A stretch of 60,958 bases of DNA, counting the filler. It is 4 parts of 4 records of this genome, joined end to end, with 100 filler letters (N's around TTAATTAATTAA, not from the genome) between each part and the next. Parts side by side here need not be neighbours in the genome. Positions count along the whole stretch, not along the records: positions 34,595 to 60,958 come from SRR31156797_17575; 3 more parts are not named here. One strand, written 5' to 3'. Made by a program: the position numbers and the translations under genes. Below, piece by piece: positions 37,077-46,511 of this stretch. The notes under the pieces were generated by a model. That model searched no databases and had not been told where the DNA came from. It worked only from the letters and a program-made list of their open reading frames with translations. Numbering within the stretch: the stretch's first letter is position 1; every line of letters begins with the position of its first letter.

Positions 37077-37325
37077 TCAGGCCTGCTTTTCCTTCAGCAG
37101 TTCTCCAATGATTCTGTAAACATCTTCCAGGGTCCTCAGCTCCCGGGCATCCTCTTCTTCAATACGAACCCCCAGTTCCTTATCAACCATGACAATGAGG
37201 TCAACCGCATCCAGGCTGTCCAGTCCGATATCCTCATAGAGCAATGCCCCGGGTTTGAGCAGACTGGCATCAATCTCAAATTCCTCTTCCAATACCGAAT
37301 TAACAACCTCTATTATTCTATCCAT
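37077..37325 (-). CDS. Acyl carrier protein
   Basis: Acidic 82 aa; GLDSLD phosphopantetheine motif. Confidence 0.92.
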   Translation of the reverse strand: MDRIIEVVNSVLEEEFEIDASLLKPGALLYEDIGLDSLDAVDLIVMVDKELGVRIEEEDARELRTLEDVYRIIGELLKEKQA

Positions 37326-37373
37326 GAAACCAATACCACTCCTTACCTCTTTCTTAATTTTTCCTAAATTTTC

Positions 37374-37940
37374 CTAAAAATACCGCCCAAAAAGACAAAC
37401 CATTGAATTCTGCCCCCGGTTGGAAGACCCGATACCACCGTTGGACAGATGGTGGAGTCTCACCGCTGCAAAACAGGGAAGCTCCCCTCCCATTTCCATT
37501 CCCACACCGGCCTGGGGATTAAAGTTAAACCGGTAATCCTGACCGCCAACCCTGTAATCCGTATAAATGCCACCGATACCGGCCTCAATATAGGGCCTGA
37601 TCGCCCCATTCTCAAGACCTGTAAGATAATAAAGGGCAAATATATTCATTGATGCATTCAGCCGGATATCCGAATTATCCAGGCGGGATCCCCCAAGGCT
37701 TGCCTCTAGTTTAAACCGGAGGGCAGCCGGCGCTTTGTGGGGCCAAATTTTATCATAATCGTACAATTTAAAAACAGACACCTGGGAAAACCAGCCAGTA
37801 TCAGAAGGATCATAGGTGTATCCGAGATTCAGGGAGACACCGCTCATATCAGGGACATGCTCCCCTCCCTGGGCAGTGGCGGAAAAAACAGACAATACCA
37901 GCAAAAGGGAAAGGATGAACCTTATTCTATTTTTGCCCAT
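37374..37940 (-). CDS. PagL-like / acyloxyacyl hydrolase outer-membrane beta-barrel
   Basis: Signal peptide; PYIEAGIG, FNFNPQAGVG, RLHHLSNGG...N.GQN; C-terminal Phe. Confidence 0.8.
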   Translation of the reverse strand: MGKNRIRFILSLLLVLSVFSATAQGGEHVPDMSGVSLNLGYTYDPSDTGWFSQVSVFKLYDYDKIWPHKAPAALRFKLEASLGGSRLDNSDIRLNASMNIFALYYLTGLENGAIRPYIEAGIGGIYTDYRVGGQDYRFNFNPQAGVGMEMGGELPCFAAVRLHHLSNGGIGSSNRGQNSMVCLFGRYF

Positions 37941-38895
37941 ATTTATCCCACCGGGTAACGGTTACCCGTCCAATGGTCCCGTCCGCTCCCTGCTTCAGGC
38001 AGCAGACCCTTTCTCCTCCCTGGCCTCCGGAAAATGCCGCCAGGGCATCCATGGCTGTGTCTGTAGGGGAAAAGGCCATTCTCCGCTTCCAAACCCTTTT
38101 TCCTCCACCCATTGGTTTTCCCTTATTCCCGACCTCCCGGGACGGTATGGACGAAGGGGAAAAAAAGATATCTGAACGGCCCGGACTGTCCATGTTCCGC
38201 CCCATGGAAATCTCTTCAAAAAAGCCGTACTTAGGCCGGGCTCCCTCCCGGGTCACCATAAAGAAAGCAGCCCCTTCTCCAAATGAACAGGGAGCCTTAT
38301 CATAGTCCTTGGAAAACCTTTGAATACAATATTCCATAACCTGGCACCATTCATCTGAAGTCCCCACCAGCACAGCATCGGCCTGTCCCGTTTCAAGCCA
38401 GGTTCCGGCAGTAACAAGAGCTGAAATAAAAGACATGTCAAACTGGCTTACGGTGAGGCAGGGCCCTGTGATCCCGTAACAGATGGAAATATGGGCGGCA
38501 GCGGCATTGTGAACGGAATTGGAAAAATGGGTGGGGGCAGCCAGCCGGTCCCCCTTTTCAATATATGAATCCAGAAAAGAGAAGGTGGATCCCAGTGCGC
38601 CGTATCCGGTGGCAATAATCAGCCCTGTATTTTCCCGGGATGCCAAAGAGGTTTTTGAGTCTTCCAGGGCCCGGCCCGCAGCCAGCAGGGCCATCCGGGA
38701 ATAATGGTCCACACGGCGGAGCCTTGATTTCGGGACAAACCGGGTCAGATCTGATGTTTGCGCCCTGAACAGGTCATCCCCGGCGGGCGGGATCAGATCG
38801 TCTCCGTCCCCACTGGTCCGGTAAACAGCCCCCATTTTTTCAGGGCAGCCATCAAAAGGGCTTGCAGCCCCTATGCCGTGTACCGCCAGCTTCAG
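37927..38895 (-). CDS. Ketosynthase-like chain-length factor (no catalytic Cys), probable CTG start
   Basis: LRRVDHYSRMAL and PTHFSNSVHNA motifs; Cys position replaced (TVSQFDMSF). In-frame KLAVHGIG upstream of ATG 38835 follows GGAGG-N7-CTG. Confidence 0.8.
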   Translation of the reverse strand: MKLAVHGIGAASPFDGCPEKMGAVYRTSGDGDDLIPPAGDDLFRAQTSDLTRFVPKSRLRRVDHYSRMALLAAGRALEDSKTSLASRENTGLIIATGYGALGSTFSFLDSYIEKGDRLAAPTHFSNSVHNAAAAHISICYGITGPCLTVSQFDMSFISALVTAGTWLETGQADAVLVGTSDEWCQVMEYCIQRFSKDYDKAPCSFGEGAAFFMVTREGARPKYGFFEEISMGRNMDSPGRSDIFFSPSSIPSREVGNKGKPMGGGKRVWKRRMAFSPTDTAMDALAAFSGGQGGERVCCLKQGADGTIGRVTVTRWDKYGQK

Positions 38896-38897
38896 GG

Positions 38898-39164
38898 TTA
38901 CACCTCCTGGGCATCGGTCCGGCGTTCCCGGACAAAATCCGCCAGGGTGTTAATGGACTGCAGAGCCGGACGGCCCTCCTCAATATTTTTAATTTCAACA
39001 CCAAAATAAATCTGGAGCTGAACCACCAGCTCAACGGCATCCAGGGAATCCAGCCCCATCCCCTCGCCGAACAGGGGTGCATCGTCTGCTATTTCCTCGG
39101 GGGTGAGATCCTCAATCTGCATCTCTTGGATGATCATCTCTTTTAATTCATACTTTAAATCCAT
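38898..39164 (-). CDS. Acyl carrier protein (ApeE-like)
   Basis: APLFGEGMGLDSLDAVELV motif. Confidence 0.92.
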   Translation of the reverse strand: MDLKYELKEMIIQEMQIEDLTPEEIADDAPLFGEGMGLDSLDAVELVVQLQIYFGVEIKNIEEGRPALQSINTLADFVRERRTDAQEV

Positions 39165-39439
39165 CTTCTTCCTTACAAGCTTGGTTAAAAATCGTTTAAC
39201 ATATCACTATTCTTTTCCCCTATCAATGCAGGGATCTGTTCATTTTATCAAATTGCCAATTCATAAAATCGTAAGCAACTGCTATCAGATTGATCTGCCG
39301 GTAACAAGCATTATTTCCCCGGCCATTATAATTCGGTCAGAACAGGACAAAGGGAGAGCAGGCAGAACTAAGTCTTGACTTGATATAGGACCAAAGTATA
39401 AAAGCAGGTACCTTTTAAAACTTAGAAAAGGAGGAAAAA

Positions 39440-40213
39440 ATGTATCCTAAACGTCTAGGAAAATTTTTTTATTCTATTTGTATTGCCTTCTGCCTGATGG
39501 CTGTAATGGCCGGTTCGGCAGTATCGGGACAGGCAGAGGATGCTAAAAAATATATGGAAATGCTGGAGTCCGACAGCACGAGAACCCGGACAGATGCAGC
39601 CAAGTATATCACCCGGTCAGGACTGACAGACCCGGTATTATTTGAGACCGTTAAAACAAAATTGCTCACAGGATACACCCATAACCAATTGAACGCCAAA
39701 CATATGGACGAAATGGCCTGGTACTGCAAGGCCCTTGCCTCTTCAGGCAATTTCGCCTATGAAGAGACCCTGAGGAAGGTGGCCCGGACCACCACCAGTG
39801 AAAAGCTGAAACGCCACTGCCGTCAGAGCATTGATCAGATCCCGGTCCATGCAAAACGGAATAAGGTCATTCAAGAGGGAATGGCCGGGGATAAGAGTCT
39901 CTCGTCCAGAGAAAATAAAATGATCGCCATGTTCCGGTCCAAGGATCCTGCGCTCATGCGGGATGCCGCCAAAATGACCTACCGGAATCCATTTTCAGGA
40001 AAGGCCGTTCCCGATGTGATCAGTGAGGAATTGTTAAATGCCTGCCCCCTTACCTCGGGCAACAGGATAATGACCGATGCCCTGTCATGGATGTGCAAGG
40101 CCCTGGGTGCCTCGGGAAATCCCAAGTACCGGGCAACCCTGACCGAGGTTATTGAAATAAGCACCAGTGAAAAACTGAAAAAATATGCGAGGAAAAGCCT
40201 GGCCATGCTCTAA
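39440..40213 (+). CDS. Secreted alpha-helical protein with two internal repeats
   Basis: Signal peptide; repeated DAAK...D..[AS]W.CKAL..SGN..Y..TL..V...TSEKLK; AAGGAGG RBS. Confidence 0.75.
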   Translation: MYPKRLGKFFYSICIAFCLMAVMAGSAVSGQAEDAKKYMEMLESDSTRTRTDAAKYITRSGLTDPVLFETVKTKLLTGYTHNQLNAKHMDEMAWYCKALASSGNFAYEETLRKVARTTTSEKLKRHCRQSIDQIPVHAKRNKVIQEGMAGDKSLSSRENKMIAMFRSKDPALMRDAAKMTYRNPFSGKAVPDVISEELLNACPLTSGNRIMTDALSWMCKALGASGNPKYRATLTEVIEISTSEKLKKYARKSLAML

Positions 40214-40272
40214 CCGGCCCTCAATCCAAGGCGAACTTTCCCGGAAGACGGACCGAAAAACCAGGAACAGCA

Positions 40273-41649
40273 ATGACAAAGCCCCCCAAGGGGCAGGCGA
40301 GCAACCTGCCCCTTTTAAATAATTTTTTCCCCCAGGCCCCGGAACTGCAATTTGCATCCTTGGACGAAATCAAAATTGCCCAGACGCGGCTATTCATGGA
40401 CCACCTATCCTATACCTTTTCCCGTTCCCCCTTTTACAGGGATCGATATAAGGCCGCAGGAATTGATATCAAAAAAATCCGGCAGCTTTCAGACCTGGAA
40501 CTCCTGCCCCTGACCACCAAGACAGACCTGGAAGCCAGCCAAAGCCTGTGTTCTGCGGATCCAAAAGATATCGCAGACATCTGCCTGACCTCCGGGACAT
40601 CAGGGTCAACCGCCACCATGATTCCCCTCACGGGCCGGGACCTGTCCAGGCTGGCATACAACGAGGAAGTCGCCCTTGCCATGGCCGGGATAAACGCCTC
40701 GGACACCCTTGTGGTCTGTGCAGCCCTGGACCGCTGCTTCATGGCAGGTCTGGCCTATTTCCTGGGGGGCGCCAAACTATCCGCAGCCATGGTCAGGGCG
40801 GGATCCGGGTCTGCGGCCCAGCAATGGGAGTTGATCCGGCGGACCAATGCCACAGCCATTGTGGGCGTCCCCTCCCTGATGCATAAAATAGGGCAGTTTG
40901 CCATTGAACAGGGCAAGAGCCCTTCAGACTCAAGTATCCGAAAACTCATTGCCATTGGAGAGCCGACCAGGGACAGGGAGCTCAACCTGCTCCCCATATC
41001 CAGAGAGCTTGAAACCATGTGGGATGCAAAGATATTCTCCACCTATGCATCCTCGGAAATGGCCACCACCTTCTGCGAGTGCGAAACCAGAAAAGGCGGT
41101 CATATCAGACCTGAACTGATTATAGTTGAAATCCTCGATGACCGGGGCCGGCCATTGCCCGAAGGAGAAACAGGGGAGGTGGTGGTCACCCCCCTTGGGG
41201 TTACGGGAATGCCTTTGATCCGGTTTCGGACCGGGGATCTTTCCTATATTATCCCGGAGCCTTGCCCCTGCGGCAGGACCACACAGCGGCTGGCCCCTGT
41301 GATCGGCCGAAAAAACCAGATGCTCAAGTATAAGGGGACCACCCTTTTTCCCAATGCCGTCCTCGCCTGCCTGGAAGGAGATCCACGGTTTCATGGGGGA
41401 TATGTTGAGGCCAGGCAGAATCCCGACGGCACTGACCGGGTGATTCTTTTTGCCGCACTTGCAGGGAATCCGGCACCGGAAACGGCATCATGGATGAAAG
41501 AGCAGCTCCGGGCCTCATTGAGAGTTGTCCCGGAAATCAGGCTTATCTCGCAAAAACAGGCGGATACAAAGGTCTATCAATTCAACCGAAAGCGGAAACG
41601 GCTCACCTTTTTTGATCTCAGACAAATCCAAAGACAAGGAAGATTATGA
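40273..41649 (+). CDS. Phenylacetate--CoA ligase family (aryl-acid adenylation enzyme)
   Basis: TSGTSG, YASSE, MPLIRFRTGD and CPCGR motifs. Confidence 0.88.
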   Translation: MTKPPKGQASNLPLLNNFFPQAPELQFASLDEIKIAQTRLFMDHLSYTFSRSPFYRDRYKAAGIDIKKIRQLSDLELLPLTTKTDLEASQSLCSADPKDIADICLTSGTSGSTATMIPLTGRDLSRLAYNEEVALAMAGINASDTLVVCAALDRCFMAGLAYFLGGAKLSAAMVRAGSGSAAQQWELIRRTNATAIVGVPSLMHKIGQFAIEQGKSPSDSSIRKLIAIGEPTRDRELNLLPISRELETMWDAKIFSTYASSEMATTFCECETRKGGHIRPELIIVEILDDRGRPLPEGETGEVVVTPLGVTGMPLIRFRTGDLSYIIPEPCPCGRTTQRLAPVIGRKNQMLKYKGTTLFPNAVLACLEGDPRFHGGYVEARQNPDGTDRVILFAALAGNPAPETASWMKEQLRASLRVVPEIRLISQKQADTKVYQFNRKRKRLTFFDLRQIQRQGRL

Positions 41650-43244
41650 CCGACGATAAGGACAGAGTGATACTCACCGGCAGCGACCTGGGTTTCAAGG
41701 ATATCGTTGCAGTGGGAATCGGGGATAAAAAGATAGACCTGGATCCCGGCGCCCTTGAGATATGCCGGGCGTCCAGAGACTTTCTGGATGCCGCAGTCAA
41801 AGAGAAAAAAATCATCTACGGGGTCAACACCTCATTCGGCCCCATGTGCAATAAGATCATCAATGACAAGGAGATAGAGACCCTTCAGAACAACCTCATT
41901 GTCAGCCATGCCGCCGGCCTGGGCACACCAATTCTCCCCTATATTGCCACCGGTATTATGGTCATACGGCTCAACACCCTGGTAAAGGGGCATTCAGGGG
42001 TCAGAATCCGGCTGCTCACCCTGATGCGGGATATGATCAATAAGGGTATTGCCCCCTATATCCCGGAATGCGGAAGTGTGGGGGCATCGGGAGACCTTAT
42101 CCATCTGGCCCACATGTCCCTGGCCATCATCGGCAAAGGAAAGGTCTATTATAAAAATGAACTCATACCGGCAGAACAGGCACTCAAAAAGGCAGGCATT
42201 GCCCCCCTTACCCTGAGCTATAAAGAGGGACTGGCTCTGATGAACGGAACAGCCGCCATGACAGGGATCGCCGCCTTCACCCTTTTCGGGGCATCCAAAT
42301 TATTGAATATCGCCTGTGTGAATGCCGCCTTTGCCGTTGAGATTTTCGGCGGGATTGACGATGCCTTTGACCCGGATCTTCACCGGGTCAAACCCCACCC
42401 CGGGCAGGTGGCCGTGGCAGCCACCATTAAAAAACTTTACCGGGGAACAGGCAATATCACCCAGAGGGAGGACCTCCATCAGCGGATCCGGAAACAGGGA
42501 AATGGAGACACCCCTGTATTTGAGACGGATATCAATGTCCAGGATGTCTATTCCATCCGGTGCACCCCCCAGATTCTGGCCCCTGTGAAAGAAGCCCTGG
42601 ACTATGCCGTAACCGTGGTGGAGACAGAGGCAAACTCCACCAATGACAACCCCATTATTATTGCGGAAAAGCGAAAAATCCTCCACGGCGGCAATTTCCA
42701 CGGCCAGAGCATCAGCTTTGCCATGGACAGTCTCTGCATTGCCATGTCCACCCTGTGCAACCTCTCGGAACGGCGGACCAACAAGCTTCTGGACAAACAC
42801 CTCAACGAAGGGCTTCCGGAACACCTGATCCCCGGAGAAACCGGCCTGACCATGGGCTTTATGGGGGCCCAATACCTTGCCACCTCAGCCACGGCTGAAA
42901 ACCGGAACCTGGCCGGCCCCATGAGCGTAAACTCCATCTCCTGCAATGCCACCAACCAGGATGTGGTCTCCATGGGCACGGTGGCGGCCAGAAAGGCCTT
43001 CCGCCTGATCAGCCATGCCAAACATGTGGTCACCCTGGAGGTGCTGGCAGATCTCCAGGCCCTGTCATTCAGGAATTCAGGCAGACTGGGCACCGCCACG
43101 GGCAGGATCTACCAAATCCTGAACCGGGAATTTAAGGTCTATGACAATACCACCATTTTCCATGACAGCCTGGTGAAATTCAGGAAATTATTGTTTTCAA
43201 GCCAGATATTCGACGATTTATCCCTGTATTGGAAGGACGTTTAA
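41646..43244 (+). CDS. MIO-dependent aromatic amino acid ammonia-lyase (HAL/TAL/PAL family)
   Basis: YGVNTSFG, GSVGASGDL (MIO ASG), KEGLALMNGT, QDVYSIRC, NDNP, GGNFHG and NQDVVSMG motifs. Confidence 0.93.
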   Translation: MTDDKDRVILTGSDLGFKDIVAVGIGDKKIDLDPGALEICRASRDFLDAAVKEKKIIYGVNTSFGPMCNKIINDKEIETLQNNLIVSHAAGLGTPILPYIATGIMVIRLNTLVKGHSGVRIRLLTLMRDMINKGIAPYIPECGSVGASGDLIHLAHMSLAIIGKGKVYYKNELIPAEQALKKAGIAPLTLSYKEGLALMNGTAAMTGIAAFTLFGASKLLNIACVNAAFAVEIFGGIDDAFDPDLHRVKPHPGQVAVAATIKKLYRGTGNITQREDLHQRIRKQGNGDTPVFETDINVQDVYSIRCTPQILAPVKEALDYAVTVVETEANSTNDNPIIIAEKRKILHGGNFHGQSISFAMDSLCIAMSTLCNLSERRTNKLLDKHLNEGLPEHLIPGETGLTMGFMGAQYLATSATAENRNLAGPMSVNSISCNATNQDVVSMGTVAARKAFRLISHAKHVVTLEVLADLQALSFRNSGRLGTATGRIYQILNREFKVYDNTTIFHDSLVKFRKLLFSSQIFDDLSLYWKDV

Positions 43245-43252
43245 CCAGAGAC

Positions 43253-44416
43253 ATGGCCCAATCCCTGAGCATATTGATTGTTATTCCGGTGTTCAACCAC
43301 GGAGACACCATAAAAGAGGTGGTAAAAGGCTGTAACGCCCTTCACAATGATATCCTGGTCATTGACGACGGGAGCACAGACCTGCCGGACAATTTTCCAG
43401 ACCGCATCGGGGTGCCGGTTTTAAGGCATAACACCAATATGGGGAAAGGGGCCGCCCTTATGACAGCGGCCAAATACGCCCTTAAAAAAGGGTATACCCA
43501 TATGGTTTCCATGGATGCCGACCTCCAGCATAGGCCAATGGATTTTTTAAGGGTCAGATCCGAGGTTGAAAAAATGCCTGATGCCCTGATCATAGGAAAA
43601 CGGGATTTCACAAAAACCTGTGCTCCCTGGTCCTCCCGGTTCGGGAGAAAATTTTCCAATTTCTGGTTCCGTGTCCAGACCGGGATGTCCGCCGGGGATG
43701 CCCAGTCCGGATTCAGGGCATACCCTTTGTTCATTCTGGACAAACTTTCCCTGGTTCACACCCGGTATGATTTTGAAATAGAGGTATTGGTCAAGGCGGC
43801 CTGGGCCGGCATTCCTGTCAAAGCCATTGATATCGGCGTCCATTATCAGGCTCCGGGAAAACGGATATCCCATTTTAAACTTCTCATGGACAATCTCAGG
43901 CTCACCCACCTGAATACAAAACTGACCATAAGATCCTTTCTTCCCTGGCCCCACAAAAAACTGACACCAAGGGAAAACCAGGTTAAATTTTCAATCCTGA
44001 GCCCAGTGAACGGCATCCGTCATTTTCTGGCAAATGAGCTCACCCCATTTGAAATCGCCCTGTCCGGGGCAGTGGGGGTGTTTCTGGGAACCCTCCCCCT
44101 GGTGGCCCTCCACTCCCTGGCCATTCTCATGGTCACAGGTTTTTTCCGGCTTAATAAAATCCTGGCCCTGGGCACCAGCCAGTTCTGCATGCCCCCCATT
44201 GTACCGGCCCTATGCATTGAAACGGGATATTTTTTGACCCACCAGGGACAATTCCTCACACAAATTTCCTTTGAAACCCTGGGCCACCAATGTTTGGACC
44301 GATTTTACGAATGGTGCCTGGGCTCACTTTTTGTGGCCCCTGTTCTCGGTTTCCTTGTTTTTCTGATCATTTACCTCGTGGCTTCGGCCATGGCATTGGT
44401 ACCGGAAAAGGAATGA
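43253..44416 (+). CDS. GT2 glycosyltransferase fused to DUF2062-like membrane domain
   Basis: VIPVFN, IDDGSTD, GKGAA, DADLQH, DAQSGFR and FEIEVL motifs; hydrophobic C-terminal domain. Confidence 0.85.
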   Translation: MAQSLSILIVIPVFNHGDTIKEVVKGCNALHNDILVIDDGSTDLPDNFPDRIGVPVLRHNTNMGKGAALMTAAKYALKKGYTHMVSMDADLQHRPMDFLRVRSEVEKMPDALIIGKRDFTKTCAPWSSRFGRKFSNFWFRVQTGMSAGDAQSGFRAYPLFILDKLSLVHTRYDFEIEVLVKAAWAGIPVKAIDIGVHYQAPGKRISHFKLLMDNLRLTHLNTKLTIRSFLPWPHKKLTPRENQVKFSILSPVNGIRHFLANELTPFEIALSGAVGVFLGTLPLVALHSLAILMVTGFFRLNKILALGTSQFCMPPIVPALCIETGYFLTHQGQFLTQISFETLGHQCLDRFYEWCLGSLFVAPVLGFLVFLIIYLVASAMALVPEKE

Positions 44417-45321
44417 TCTCCATGGCCCGAACCTGGAATAAGAGACATTACGGCACCCGGTGGGGACATGCCTTTTTCCATTGGATGCTCCGGCTGGGCG
44501 GTTTACCCGCCGCCTATTTCTGTCTTTATTTTGTGGTTTTCATCTATGTGTTTTTCTTTCCCTCGGTAAAAAGAAACTGCCGGCCCTACCTCATCCGACG
44601 CTTTCCCCAGGTCGGACGGGCCGGACAGATGTTCCACAGTTACAAACTGGTGCTGAGCTTCGGCAAAATCCTCATTGACAGTGCCGCCTTCAGGATTCTG
44701 GGCCCCTCGTGCATCCAGGCGGACTTTCAAGGCTTGGAAGACTATAAACGGATCAACGCCCTTGATTCAGGGTGTATCATACTCATGTCCCATATCGGCT
44801 GCTGGCAGGTGGCCATTCCGGCCTTGTCCCAATTAAGCCGCCCCGTAAACCTGCTCATGCTGCAGGCAGGCGGTCCCAAGGCCCAATCCGATGAAACCGG
44901 CCAATTTAAAATCATCAATCCGGACCAATTTCTGGGCGGCACCCTTGATATGCTCAATGTATTAAAAAACGACGAAATCCTCTGTATCATGGGGGACAGG
45001 TTATTTGGCAATTCCGCCTATTCCCTGGAAATGGATTTTTTAAAGGAAAAGGCCTATTTCCCCTTCAGTGCCTATAAACTGGCCTCCATCGCCCAAAAAC
45101 CCATTCTGGTTCTCAATACACATAAAACCGGGACCCATGCCTACAAAATTTCATTGCCTGAAATCATCCACATCCCCCGGAAACTTGGAAAAACAGGACA
45201 AAATTATGCCCCCTATGCCCGGGCCTATGTGGATGCCCTGGAAAAATACACAGACGACCACCCCTATCAGTTTTTTAATTTTTACGATATGTGGAATTCC
45301 CACGAAGGAGAGGGCAGATGA
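44413..45321 (+). CDS. LpxL/LpxP-like lipid acyltransferase
   Basis: SHIGCWQ, IMGDR and PYQFFNFYD motifs; ATGA overlap with the GT2 stop. Confidence 0.82.
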   Translation: MISMARTWNKRHYGTRWGHAFFHWMLRLGGLPAAYFCLYFVVFIYVFFFPSVKRNCRPYLIRRFPQVGRAGQMFHSYKLVLSFGKILIDSAAFRILGPSCIQADFQGLEDYKRINALDSGCIILMSHIGCWQVAIPALSQLSRPVNLLMLQAGGPKAQSDETGQFKIINPDQFLGGTLDMLNVLKNDEILCIMGDRLFGNSAYSLEMDFLKEKAYFPFSAYKLASIAQKPILVLNTHKTGTHAYKISLPEIIHIPRKLGKTGQNYAPYARAYVDALEKYTDDHPYQFFNFYDMWNSHEGEGR

Positions 45322-46502
45322 AGCCCGGCCCATCGACACCAGCCGTTACCGGCATGGGGGCAGTGAGCAGTCTCGGCCTCAGCCTCAAGGATAGTATGGA
45401 TAATATGTTCAGCGCCCCGCCGAACCCGGCACCGCCCAGGACATTTACCACCAACCATTCCACACCCTATCCCGTATTCAGCCTGCCCCCGGGCCTGGAT
45501 TCCCTCATCAAAGAATCAGGTCGTAACCTGAGCCTCACCGCAGGCATGGCCATTGCGGCGGCAGAAGAAGCCATAAATGACGCCGGTCTGACCCGGGAAG
45601 ACCTTAAAGGCAAAACCGTGGGGGTCTGCATGGGAACCACAGTGGGGGCGGCATTGAACAACGATTTTTTTTATACCCAATATAAAAACGGGGAAAATCC
45701 GGGAATGGATCCCATTTGCCGTTTTTTTTCCTCCAACCCGGCCCAGGCGATTGCCCGGGAATTCAAACTTGATGGGCCGGTGCAGACCGTTGTCAATGCC
45801 TGCGCATCAGGATCCGATGCCATCGGCATCGGTGGGGGATGGATAAAAACAGGGCTCTGCGATCTTGTCATTGCCGGGGGCACAGATGAGTTGTGCAGGG
45901 TCACCTATAACGGGTTTATTTCCCTGATGATCACAGACCCGGCCCAATGCAGGCCCTTTGACGCAGACCGTCAGGGGCTCAATCTCGGTGAAGGGGCGGC
46001 TGCCCTGGTACTGGAACCCTCCCGCCCGGCCGGGGACAGGGCAAAGGCAGGAATCACGGGGTACGGGGCCGCCTGCGACGCCTATCATCTCACCGCGCCC
46101 AAACCCGATGCCCAGGGACTGAACACAGCCCTTGAAAAAGCCCTGGCAGAGGGGAGGATTCCCCCGTCCGACATCTGCTTTATCAATGCCCACGGCACAG
46201 GCACCAGGGACAACGACCGGATGGAAATGAAAATTTTTAAAGAGCGGCTGCCCGGAATCCCTTTTTTTTCCACCAAAGGGTATACCGGCCATACATTGGG
46301 GGCGGCCGGCGCTCTTGAGGCTGCCTTTACCGTTTCCTGCCTGAACAGAGGAAAAATTCCCGCATCAAGGGGATTTTCAACCCCGGACCCGGATTTCGGA
46401 CTGGCCCCGGTCTCTGCCCCCCAGACCATAGGCCCGGGCGCTGCCATTTCCCAGTCAGTCGCCTTTGGTGGAAATAACGCCGTATTGGTATTTTCTCAAT
46501 AG
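45318..46502 (+). CDS. Beta-ketoacyl-ACP synthase (Cys-His-His)
   Basis: NACASG, NAHGTGT, GHTLGAAG and AFGGNN motifs. Confidence 0.92.
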   Translation: MKPGPSTPAVTGMGAVSSLGLSLKDSMDNMFSAPPNPAPPRTFTTNHSTPYPVFSLPPGLDSLIKESGRNLSLTAGMAIAAAEEAINDAGLTREDLKGKTVGVCMGTTVGAALNNDFFYTQYKNGENPGMDPICRFFSSNPAQAIAREFKLDGPVQTVVNACASGSDAIGIGGGWIKTGLCDLVIAGGTDELCRVTYNGFISLMITDPAQCRPFDADRQGLNLGEGAAALVLEPSRPAGDRAKAGITGYGAACDAYHLTAPKPDAQGLNTALEKALAEGRIPPSDICFINAHGTGTRDNDRMEMKIFKERLPGIPFFSTKGYTGHTLGAAGALEAAFTVSCLNRGKIPASRGFSTPDPDFGLAPVSAPQTIGPGAAISQSVAFGGNNAVLVFSQ

Positions 46503-46511
46503 GCCGGACCA

